A DNA stretch of 64,000 nt, from assembly GCF_006345805.1 (NCBI RefSeq), contig NW_021825821.1:558001-622000 (forward strand), given 5' to 3'. The translations under genes were made by a program, and so were the position numbers. This DNA is from Octopus sinensis. Lineage: Eukaryota. Shown here piece by piece: positions 27,068 to 38,576 of the stretch (position 1 is its first letter; the number at the start of each line of letters is the position of its first letter). The notes below the pieces were generated by a model, which searched no databases, was not told the DNA's origin, and worked only from the letters and a program-made list of their open reading frames with translations.

Positions 27068-28024
27068 ATGTCTGAAAAAACAAATAATGTACCCAATTCT
27101 TCGGATATTTCTCTCCCATCAGAACACCCAGGTGAGGTGGTTGTGCCAGAACATCCACAGTCTTCCAATTGCTCCACATCTTTACCAATTCCCCCTCCTG
27201 AAAATGACAAAACCTTTGAACAATTCTACAACCAAGTATACAATAGCCTAAATATATCAACTTAGATAGAGCAGGGTGTAAAAGAAACACTGGGATTGAC
27301 ATCTAAGCAACAGTTGGATCGACTTAGTCGTCCCGGGTCCTCTTATTTTAACCTCAATCCTTACGATGTACAGTTTTTTGTGCATTTTCCCAGGTTTTAC
27401 AATCAAGCTATAACGCAACTATGCCAGAACTTAAGAAAAGGTTCAGAATTGTATATTACTCTGCAATAACTCCTAGTTGTCGCTCCTAGTGCACCCAGAC
27501 AAGAACCCTGGTGACAAGGAAAGAGCAGAAAAGGCATTCGAAGTAGTCAACACGGCCTATAAAACGATTCTCAACGACGAGGGGTATAAAAGGTGTAAGG
27601 AAATTGTCGAGGAAGCCAAAAGAAAGACCGCAGAAATTGTTTTTTGTTGATTTTTGACTTAAAGATTGCTGAAAAAAGGCGTAAATTGAGGAAAGGAAAT
27701 TCGCTGGGGGGAAATGTGTTGCCTGAGGACAATCCGATGGTCTACGAACGAGCAGTGCATGGACAAATGTGCAAAATATTCGCAGATTTGGACCGATTGA
27801 GGCAAGAGAAGGAAATAAAGTCGATGGTGGATCGAAAGAAAACCGCGGATAAGGAATTGTTGAACGTTGAGCTGTTCAAGGCTGAAACGGAGTGGAAACA
27901 GCGGTATGAGTTGGGAAGAAGAGGTAGAATCGAAAGTTGGAAGGAGTGGCAAAATAAGACTTCTAAATCCAAGAGAGTTCGGCATTTTAAACTACCCACT
28001 GAGAGAATGGAGGAAAGAAAGTAA
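27068..28024 (+). CDS. DNAJC8: DnaJ homolog subfamily C member 8
   Basis: LTSKQQLDRLSRPGSSYFNLNPYD, LSLLVHPDKN, CKIFADLDRLR, RRGRIESWKEW; short introns. Confidence 0.88.
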
Positions 28025-28483
28025 TTTTACTTATTTTTGGCAGATTTATTTGTCTTTATTTGTTAGTTTAATATATTTTGTAAGGGGTATATGCAGAATA
28101 TGTTCATTGGTTTGGTTCTGCTGTCAGAAATAAAGGTTGTTAGGTTTTGCCCAGTGACTCTAACCGCATTTTTGGTCGCTTATTTTTGTGTATTAAATCC
28201 GGTAGTTTCGAGTAGTATTTTGATAAGATTGCTAGTCACGTTGGATACTCAAAAGGGTGGGTGAAACATATACAGTCAAAGAATTTACGGGTGAAACATA
28301 TACAGTAAAACTTAACCTCCCAGAGTTTTGTTTGATTCAAGCATACTATTTATTACGGAATTTATATGCACTAACGAATTTGGTTCTAATATAGAATTTA
28401 CAATAAATTTTTTTCTTGAAATTATTCATTCTCACCCTCAATAATTAGAGAACAAGAATTATTGAAGTAGTCATTATCTTAAT

Positions 28484-30731
28484 CAGGGGTTCTCAAGTGC
28501 GGCCCTCGGGGCCGCATGCGGCCCCGAGAATCTTTTTTGCGGCCCCGACTTCCAAACTTTAAAATAAATTTTGGATATAAAATTAATTGTAAATTAATAT
28601 TATTAAAGATAATATTTTAACTACACGTGTTTGTAAATATATTTCAGGTTGAGTATTTTTTCATGCCATCAAAGAAATATCGAACATTATCTCAAGAAAA
28701 TAGAGAATTTCAAATTGAATGGGAAGAAAAGTTTTTTTTCGTTGAACTGAATGGTAAAGCTGTTTGTTTGATATGCAACTGTGTCATTAATTCATTGAAA
28801 AATTATACTATTGAACGTCATTATAAGAAGCACTCCGAAATATACAATTTATATCTCGGAGAGTCAAGGAAAAAAAAACTCAATATATTAAAGACGTCAT
28901 TTAAAAATCAGTCCTCAATATTTAAACCAGTGGAAAATAAGCATCAGTTATTAACGTCTTATAAAATTAGCCACCTTCTTGCTGTAAATATGAAACCTTA
29001 TTCTGACGGAGAAATTATTAAAAACTGCTATTTCCATTTTTTGTGATGAATGTTGTCCGTCAAATATACAAAATATTGCAAAACGATTACCATTAAGTAA
29101 TGATACTATTACAAGAAGAATAGAATGTATTTTTGAGGACCTTGCCCGTCAGCTAATCAAGTTCTTTACTATTAAAAATAATTTTTATAGAACATCGAAA
29201 GATTTTTTATATCATTCTTTTGCTGTCGACACGAGTAAAAATATCTCTGATACCGAACAAATGGTCGTATGCATTAGAGGTGTCACTTCGGATTTTAAAA
29301 TTTCTGAAGAATTTTTTTCTCTTCGTTCATTAAAAGGCACTACAAAAGGAATGGATGTACTTAACGAATTCCTTGAAAGTATTAAAGAATTTGACATTGA
29401 TCCTTCCAAAATAATTTCCATATGTACTGATGGGGGGGCGAATATGATTGGTCGTAATAAAGGGTTTCATGGACTTTATTCAGAATGGAGACTTGAAAAA
29501 AATCTTGATCCTATATTTTGGCAACATTGTATCATTCATCAGGAGAATATAATCGCAAAGTCACTTAAAATGCAAAATGTAATAAGTACGGTGTTGTCCA
29601 TTGTGAATTGGATACGCGGTAAATCTCTCAATCACAGGAGATTTAAAAAAATGTTAGTGGAAATTGACACAGTGCATAATGATGTGCTTTACCATACCAC
29701 TGTTCGATGGTTGAGTCGTGCCGCGTGCCTCAAAAGGTATATTTGCTTGAATAGAAGTTAGATTTTATGAACTACTCCCTCAAATAAGAGAATTTGTTAA
29801 AGACCACAAATACCATGATTTGTTGAGCAGTAAAGAGTGGATTGCCGATTTAGCTTTTTGGGTAGATCTAACCTCTCATTTATCGTCGTTAAATTGTGAA
29901 TTACAGGGGAAATATAAATTTTGCCATCAACTCTATGGATCTATTGCTTCTTTTATATCAAAATTAAAACTTTGGAGGGATCAAATAATGCTCAAAGATA
30001 CAATTCATTTTACTTGTTTGAGTGAAAATAAAGCTAACGGTTCATTTGAAAAATATACTACCATTATCAGTCACCTTATTGTTGAATTTGAAAAACGTTC
30101 TAAGGTTTATTAAAATTTAGTTTATTTTAAGAATTTTGATGAAATTTTGCCATCAATGAAAATTTTTGCAGCACCATTCAATATAGATCCTAAGAATGCT
30201 CCGCCATCACTCCAATTAGAATTGATAGACTTCAATCAGATGTGCAATTTACCTCAGTGCAAAAGATTGAAAATTTAATGGAATTTTATAGTTCACTTCC
30301 CAAGAAGAAAATATCCGAATATACTCATAAATGCTTATAAATATGCTTCAATGTTCGGATCCACTTATTTATGTGAGTCAATTTTCAGTAAAATGATTCA
30401 CATAAAAAATAAATATCGAAATAAATTGACTGATAATCACTTATGCCAGCTTTTGCGATCTACATGTGCCTCCTATATTCCGTGTTATGACAAATTAGTT
30501 AACAATTAGTTAAAATAGCTAACAATTTTTCGTTTTAGTTAACAATTTTTCGTTTTAGTCATTTTCCTTTAATTAATTAAGACTAACTATCTCGGTTTCT
30601 GAATAAAAAATGAATCTAAAAAAAAATTAGTTAAAAGTTAATGAAAGTTTTAATTTAATTTATTCTGCGGCCCCGAAGACAATGGTTAATTATCGATTTG
30701 GCCCCGACGTTAAAAAACTTGAGAAACCCTG
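28484..30731 (+). mobile_element. Complete hAT (SPIN/GTF2IRD2-like) element
   Basis: TIR CAGGG(G/T)TTCTCAAG, perfect 8-bp TSD ATCTTAAT (28476-28483, 30732-30739), GCGGCCC subterminal motifs. Confidence 0.93.
28663..30509 (+). CDS. hAT transposase with three ultra-short introns and a few single-base frameshifts
   Basis: MPSKKYR..ENREFQIEW..CLIC; introns 29161-29190, 29737-29761, 30105-30131 restore QLIKTSKDF..AVDTS, CLKRFYEL, KRSKNFDE. Confidence 0.75.
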
Positions 30732-30817
30732 ATCTTAATAATAAAATGGTATGGTGTGTGTCTGTCTGTCTGTCGTTCTGTCTGTCTGTGTGTGCACACC
30801 AACTTCAAATTGGCAAT

Positions 30818-32010
30818 ACGATGTCCTCGACTTACATGATGAGGTCCTTAAAACCTTCCCCCCCAAAAAAAATTAAAAAAAAATTTTCTGCATTTTGGTT
30901 AAAATGAACAACTACGATATCCTCGACTTACATGATGAGGTCCTTAAAACCTTCCCCCCCCAAAAAAAATTAAAAAAAAATTTCTGCATTTTGGTTAAAA
31001 TGAACAACTACGATGTCCTCGACTTACATGATGAGTGGTCCTCCTTAAACCTTCCCCCCAAAAAAATTAAAAAAATTTTCTGCATTTTGGTCAAAATGAA
31101 CAACTACGATGTCCTCGACTTACATGATGAGGTCCTTAAAACCTTCCCCCCCAAAAAAAATTAAAAAAAAATTTCTGCATTTTGGTTAAAATGAACAACT
31201 ACGATATCTCGACTACATGATGAGGTCCTTAAAACCTTCCCCCCTCAAAAAAATTAAAAAAAAAATTTCTGCATTTTGGTTAAAATGAACAACTACGATG
31301 TCCTCGACTTACATGATGAGGTCCTTAAAACCTTCCCCCCCCAAAAAAAATTAAAAAAAATTTTCTGCATTTGGTTAAAATGAACAACTACGATATCCTC
31401 GACTTACATGATGAGGTTCCTTAAAACCTTCCCCCCCAAAAAAATTAAAAAAAAATTTTCTGCATTTTGGTTAAAATGAACAACTACGATGTCCTCGACT
31501 TACATGATGAGGTCCTTAAAACCTTCCCCCAAAAAAAAAAATAAAAAAAAAATTTTCTGCATTTTGGTTAAAATGAACAACTACGATGTCCTCGACTTAC
31601 ATGATGAGGTCCTTAAAACCTTCCCTCCAAAAAAAATTAAAAAAAAATTTTCTGCATTTGGTTTTTTAAAATGAACAACTACGATATCCTCGACTTACAT
31701 GATGAGGTCCTTAAAACCTCCCCCCCAAAAAAAATTAAAAAAAAATTTTCTGCATTTTGGTTAAAATGAACAACTACGATGTCCTCTACTTACATGATGA
31801 GGTCCTTAAAACCTTCCTCCAAAAAAAATTAAAAAAAATTTTCTGCATTTTGGTTAAAATGAACAACTACGATGTCCTCGACTTACATGATGAGGTCCTT
31901 AAAACCTTCCCTCCAAAAAAAATTACAAAAAAAATTTCTGCATTTTGGTTAAAATGAACAACGCGAATGTCCTCGACATTCATGATGAGGTCCATTAAAA
32001 CCTTCCAGGC
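30818..32010 (+). repeat. ~95-bp tandem satellite, ~12.5 copies, inside the Helitron
   Basis: Unit AACAACTACGATGTCCTCGACTTACATGATGAGGTCCTTAAAACCTTCC..TTTTCTGCATTTTGGTTAAAATG. Confidence 0.97.
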
Positions 32011-32214
32011 AAAAATCTCACGTATTAAGAATATCCTTGATGAAAACGACAGCGAGAATATTAACAATGATGAACTCCCAATTATTCGCGATAAAGAAAT
32101 TCAATTCATCCTATGTTTTTCTCTTTAAAATTAAATGCATATATCATTATCGACCATGAATCAAAATTAAAGCTATTATCATATTTGACTTTGACAGAAT
32201 GTGCAATCACAGAT

Positions 32215-32420
32215 TGCACGACTTTGAATAGAGTGTGCAATTAACAGATTTTGAAAAACACTTTGATAGTTGAAACCACATTAGCACAATCATTAACACA
32301 ATTTACCACCAATTGACGCACGACCTTGAATAGAGTGTGCAATTAACAGATTTTGAAAAACACTTTGATAGTTGAAACCACATTAGCACAATCATTAACA
32401 CAATTACCACCAATTGACAG
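32215..32420. repeat. ~108-bp direct duplication within the Helitron
   Basis: TTGAATAGAGTGTGCAATTAACAG...CCACCAATTGAC occurs twice. Confidence 0.9.
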
Positions 32421-32649
32421 CGCAATCTGAAGATTTGCGTAAAAATATTCACTATTTAGTTAAGTTTTTCGTAAAGATAGAATTTATTTTCGGTATGTCT
32501 CTTTTCCTAAACTTTTTTATTATTCAAAAATAATTTTTTAAATAGATAACCGAAGGAAAAAAACGAAGCTGAAGAAAAAACGGGCACCTTAGGTAATTAA
32601 TTAAATCTTTTTTGTGTGTCGCTTTTTTGGCTGCTGCTACTCTGCCTGC

Positions 32650-33060
32650 CCCATTTCCGCCAGTGGTTTTATTACGAAATCTTGCGCCACCTAAATTATG
32701 CAACGGAACGAGGTTAGTTATCAAAAATTTAATGGCTAACGTAATAGAGGCGACGATATTAACAGGTAAGTATAGAGGTGAGGATGTTTATATTCCACGA
32801 ATTCCGATAATTTCTGATGAATTACCATTTAGATTTAAAAGGCTGCAATTTCCTTTGAGGATGAGTTTTGCAATGACAATAAACAAGGCCCAGTGACAGT
32901 CATTAAAGGTAGTTGGGTTATTTTTAGAGAATGAGTGCTTTTCACATGGACAGCTGTATGTGGGATGCTCGAGGGTAGGCAGAAGAGAAAATTTATTCAG
33001 ATATGCCAAGGAAGGACGGACGACAAACATCGTTATCAACAGGCGATAGAATAGGGTTAC
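32650..33060 (+). pseudogene. Helitron PIF1-like helicase C-terminal fragment
   Basis: LLRNL.PPKLCNGTRL..IPRI..FKRLQFP..FAMTINKAQ*QSL..FSHGQLYV. Confidence 0.9.
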
Positions 33061-34973
33061 ATTAAACCAGGTAGTTTTATACATCTACATAAACTTATAG
33101 TTGTTTGATGAAACAGGCCCTCCGCAGGAGCTAGGTCGCGGTGAGCGAAGCGAGCTGCCGAGCTAGTCCAATATAATTCTGTAAATTTGTGATTGATTTT
33201 TATCAACTGGATCCAATATTCGTAGATTACTGATTATTTCATGATACAGTCAGACCCCATTTCGAGGCACGTGTTTACGCGATGAAAGAGTTAACACTGA
33301 AGACGATACTACAACATCAGAAAGACGTAAATTCTTTGACTACAAAGTATTTGAAATTTTCCAGAAACTCAAAGAACAAGATTAATTAATATTAAAGCCA
33401 ATCATTAAAAAAGGCTTCATTTCAAAGTTGTCTCTACCGATTTAAGGTCAGACATTAACTAAAATTTAAAGAAATATGCAACAAAGAGATTCCTGGGATT
33501 TATTCTACATGCCTATTATAAGTAATTTGCTCCGAAAATAATTGAACATGGAGGACGAAGTGTGTTCAATCGTGATAAAACATCACTTGATATAAAATAA
33601 CACCAAGAAAGTCGTTTGTTAAAATTGATAATAAACCATCTGGATAAAACAATTCAAAGAAAGAATTACAGTAGATATATGTTGCAATCACGAGGGTGAA
33701 AAACTTAAACCTTTGATTATTGGGAAAATATAATAAACCTCGATGTTTCAAGAATTGAAGATTTTTGTGTTTCATATTTTGGTTTTAAAAGTGTATGAAT
33801 GACTAGGAACATTTTTAAAAGCTGGTAATACAAGTTTAATGAGAAATTGGTTATTCAACAAAAAAATATTAATATTACTCAATAATCCAGGTATCATAAA
33901 ACTATTGAATGCTCCAATATCGAATTCTTTTTTTAAATACGACACCCATACCAGCGGTTCTCAACCTTTTTTAGACTGGGGACCACTTTTGCACTATAAA
34001 ATTTTGTGGGGACCACCTTAAATAAAATAAACATTTTTTGGTATTAGCGCACAATTTTGGCCTCGCCAGGGCCAGGTTTAGACATGTTCGAATATTTATT
34101 ATAAAAATAACATGAACATTATGAAAATAACAGAAATTTAATAGTAATTTAGTGAGATTTCTGATCTTGTTTGCTCAGAATAATTTTACTTATATCAGGC
34201 TCTATGTTCGACAAAGCTACTCGCATATCATCTTGTACCCGTAGTCTATTTCTATATTTTGTTTTTAGAAAAGTCAGACACGACATCGCCATTTCACAGT
34301 GATAAGTAGTGGGAATGCAAGTATTGATTCCAATGCAGTTTTACTCAAAATGGGGAATTCTTTCGCCATCTGACACCTAACAATAAAAAGTAATTATTAA
34401 TGAGAATACCAAAAATCTAATAATGAAGTACATTTGAAAATAATCTGAGCAGACTGATTACATTGAAGTTCAATCAAGCTCTGCTGAAAATTGAGTTCCT
34501 GATATTCTTTAAATGAGGTCAAGAAAGGTTGAACGATCCAGTTTGGAATTGTGTCTTCAACAGGAATTTTCTGGGTGTACAGACTCTTTGTGGCGCCTAA
34601 GTTGAGAAGGTTTCAGTGAATTGTTTCCCAAAATTTTATGGCAAATCATGCATTTTGCCTTTATTTCATATTTGGGGCAATGAATTTAGTGAATCCAAAT
34701 TGTACGTAAGAATCCGACCAAAGACGACGATTCTTGTTAACCATAACTAGAATGATAAACCACGCTAATCAAATCAGATTAATTTCAATGTTTTTGATTT
34801 ATACTTAATTGTACAATTAGTTTTAAATTTAATATATTGTTATTTTGCGAAAATTCCTGGGACCACTAAAAATTTTTGGGGACCACGATTGAAAACCGCT
34901 TGATTAATTTCAATGTTTTTGATTTATACTTAATTGTACAATTGTTTTAACTTTAATATATTTTTATTTTTCG

Positions 34974-37900
34974 GGTTATGCAACGTGCTACTATCTCGAT
35001 GTGTGCTCCACCTGGACAAGAACCACCTAACAATATTATTTATAATAATATACCCAGAGCAGGATGGACAACAGCATCGAAGAGGCAGACGTCAGATGGG
35101 AAGAAGGGATAGAGTGCACGACCCGGAAGGACTGGGTTAAATCCGCTCTTTCCCAAGTGTTGGGAAGAGCCTCCAGGATGCCCAGAAATGGGTGGCCTAC
35201 CCTGCTTCAGTAGCTCAACCACGCTTTAGCTCGAACCTATTGTTAGATGCACTGAAGAAGCTGGCCAAGACCCCTCCTCCTGGCTCGCGGGGGAGGACTC
35301 GCGACGCAGTTACGCCGTCAGGATGCCCCCCGTGTTCTGAACAACACGAGCACCGAGTTATTGCTACTTTTGCATGTTAAGGAGATATTTAGTAGGCATA
35401 TCTTGGCGAATCGTGTTGTCTCCCTTGCGGACCGCAGAGTGACCCGAAAGATACCTCGGTGGCAACTCAGGAGTGACGTGATGGGTTGCATCATCGTGCC
35501 ATAGCTTACGCGATCGTGCGTGAGCCTCCGGAGACAATGGACGAGATTTCTCTCTATTTGTACTCGGCACAGACAACCTATGATGAAATCACTCAGAGGC
35601 CTGCCCCAAAGAGTAGATGGAGAGAAAACATTGCCGCAAAAGTAGCGCAAGGAAAGCCGAGCTGGAAGCGCTGACTGGGCACATTTTGAATGTGAGCAAT
35701 GGGGTCAAGGGCAAGACTCCCCCCTTGGTGCGTACTTTACTTCGTCGGGAACGAGCTGCCAAATGGGACCTCAACGAGTTGAGGCGTGTCTGGGCAGAGA
35801 GGGAGGAGCTGATTCTCGTTTATCAGAAGAAGCTCTCAACTCATGAGTCTCGGTGTCAGCGCAGGCGGGGAGAACAACCTGTTTGAATTAATCGCAGGTC
35901 GTTCTATCGTCGGTTGCACGGAGAGACGAAGGAGGGTACCCAGCAAAAGGCCGAAATGTTTGACACATGGGGGAGTATGTGGAAAGCACGTCCTCGCAAG
36001 GGTGTGTCGTTTCCGTTTTGTGGACCCGATGCTCCCTTGATGACCGAGTCTTGTGGTGTCTCTGACATCCGCAAGAAGTTCGATGAAGCGGTAACCCGTC
36101 TCTCTGACTGGAAGACACCTGGGGTCGATAAAGTGTATAATTTCTTTATTAAAAATTGCAAACCTATCCATGATTGCATGTGTCGAGCAATCGAACAGTT
36201 TACACTAGACCCTGGCTCGATTCCAGAGTGGTTATGTACTGGGGTCACTTATTTGATCCCTAAAGTAGATAACCCTTCCGCTCGACAGATTATCGTCCGA
36301 TAACCTGTATGCCCAACCTGTACAAGTTGATGACTAAGGTGGTGGCTACTGAGGTCAGAAATTTCGTGGAGGTGAATGGGATTCTGTCCGAGAACCAGTT
36401 AGGTACTCGGCGGGATTGCCAGGGAGCTAAGGAGCAGGCACTGATCAACAAATGCCTCGCGAGAGCCCACGGAAACTCACTAGTGTCAATGTGGGTGGAT
36501 GTGAAGAAGGCATATGACTCGGTTGATCATGCCTACCTCGTTGAGTGTCTGCGAAGGCTTAAGTTGCCAATGTGGTTTATCAAATTTGTTGCAACTGTGA
36601 TGGACAGGTGGAACGTCCATCTAAATTACAACAAATGCGATATAGGCGAGGTGAAAAAGAGAGAGGGCATATTACAGGGCGACAGCATGTCTCCGCTGCT
36701 GTTCGTCCTCTGCCTAGAACCGCTGAGTAGAGTCCTCACTGCCCAATTCGAACAAATGTCGATCGAACATGAAGGAGGGTGTTTTAGCACCAACCATCTC
36801 ATGTTCATAGACGACATTAAGCTGTTCGCTCGGTCTTCAGAGATCCTCCACTCAATGGGTAAAGTCCTGAAAGGTTTCATGAAGGCCGTGGGGTTGGAGC
36901 TCAACTACGACAAGTCGGCGACTAACACCCCTGTGTGCGGTGACCTAGTCAAAGTCTTGGAGGAACACCAAGGATATAAGTATCTTGGTGTGGTTGAGAG
37001 TCCAGCCTCATTAATCACACCCGAAACGAGAAAGTGTGTAGTGGAGGGTGTGCGTAGTAGGGCGGCAATGTTATGTAAGACTTGGCTCAATGCACGGAAC
37101 TTATTTCATGCCTTGAACGAGTATGCCATCTCATTGCTAAACTACTACGTTGGCCTGATCGAATTCGAGCCGAGTGAGTACGATGAAATGGACCTTATTG
37201 TCCGAAGAGTACTCCGAGAGAATCATGTCCACGTGTTGGCAAGCAATAAGGAGAGATTGTACTTGTCTCGCGGGCAGCTAGGACGTGGACTGAGTAACAT
37301 CGTACACTTAAGTGAGCGAATTCTTACTAAGATGCACGACACCTTGTGGAGTGGGTCGAGTGTATCCCAAAGGAAGGCTGCCATCCTTGCTGCTGAAAAA
37401 GCGCGTGGTACACACCTAGGAACCATAAAAGGCTATGTGTCGGCTAAGTATGGTCTAGGTGCTACCCAAGTTAATGTGAAGGAGTTGATCAAACTTCAAA
37501 AGGAGTCTTTAATTAAAAAGATCAACTTAAAAGTCCTTCACAAGACTCTCTTTAGCAGCCTGGACAACCCGCACACATTGACGTATCGTCGTCATCTACG
37601 TGGCTGAAATATGGGAATAACTCTCCCCGATCAGAAGGGTTGTTCTCATATTTGCAGGATAGAAACTTTTTAATGGTCAACGGAACAGTGTAACCACTGT
37701 AAGAGTAAGGCAATGACCGTTGACCATTTAGCCACGAAGTGCGGGAGTATGCTTTACCATGATTACACATGGAGGCATAACGAGGTGGTGAGGTCCCTCC
37801 ATCTTTTGCTCTGCAATAAGTACGGCTTGAGGCGGTCCAGAAAGTTGCGAACCCATCGAGTTCAATCGGTGTGTGAGAACTCGCGGGTGTGCATTAAGGT

Positions 37901-38438
37901 GGATACCCCCATACGCACCTCGATTGCTGTCCAGCACAACAGACCCGACATTGTGGTCCACGATAAGGTCACCGGGGAGATTGTTATCGGAGGTGGGCAT
38001 CACGTGCCTAGACGTTTGCAGATAGTGGAAGTGGAGAAAAGGAGGAAGTATGACCTCCTTGCAAACGAGCTAGGACTGATGCACCAGTGCAAAGTCCATG
38101 TCATCCCGTGTGTGATGACATGGGATGGACTGGTCACCAAATACCACAAGCGGTACTAAGACAGTTGGATGTAGATAAGTCTCTACAGGCTTATATACAG
38201 TCAACTGTTCTTAAGAGGACTCTGGAGAGTGTCTCGTTTGATGCTCGCCGATCCAGCCCTTTCCTGACGTTTAGTCAGCAAGAGGCGCTGGACTGCACCT
38301 TCTCGAAGGTCTACAGTGCCAGAGAAGAGGAGGAAGAAGGGGAGGAGGTGCGTGGAGTGCCGCCTTCTGCTCACTTCGAAGGCTCTGGACTTAGTTAGTA
38401 AAATTACTTAGTTAATTAGTTTCTTTCTTAAAAAAATG
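34974..38438 (+). mobile_element. R4/Dong-like RLE non-LTR retrotransposon, copy 1 (full length, frameshifted)
   Basis: RT GILQGDSMSPLLF, FIDDIK; CCHC knuckle; RLE RHNEVV..NRPDI..EVEKRRKYDLL; TSD TTTTTATTTTTCG. Confidence 0.92.
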
Positions 38439-38576
38439 TTTTTATTTTCGAAAATTCCTGGGACCACTAAAAATTTTCTGGGGACCACGATTGAAAACCG
38501 CTTGATTAATTTCAATGTTTTTGATTTATACTTAATTGTACAATTAGTTTTAACTTTAATATATTTTTATTTTTCG

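Larger units (their letters stand above)
28477..33166 (+). mobile_element. Non-autonomous Helitron with nested hAT and internal satellite
   Basis: A|TC 5' end (TCTTAATAATAAAATGG then (GTCT)n), 3' GCGAAGC hairpin plus CTAG|T at 33163-33167, PIF1 helicase remnant. Confidence 0.8.

Noticed and set aside
30818-32010. CRISPR-like or hammerhead-ribozyme array
   Set aside because: No unique spacers, eukaryotic context; ATGATGAG lacks the CTGA core and the paired GAAA arm.
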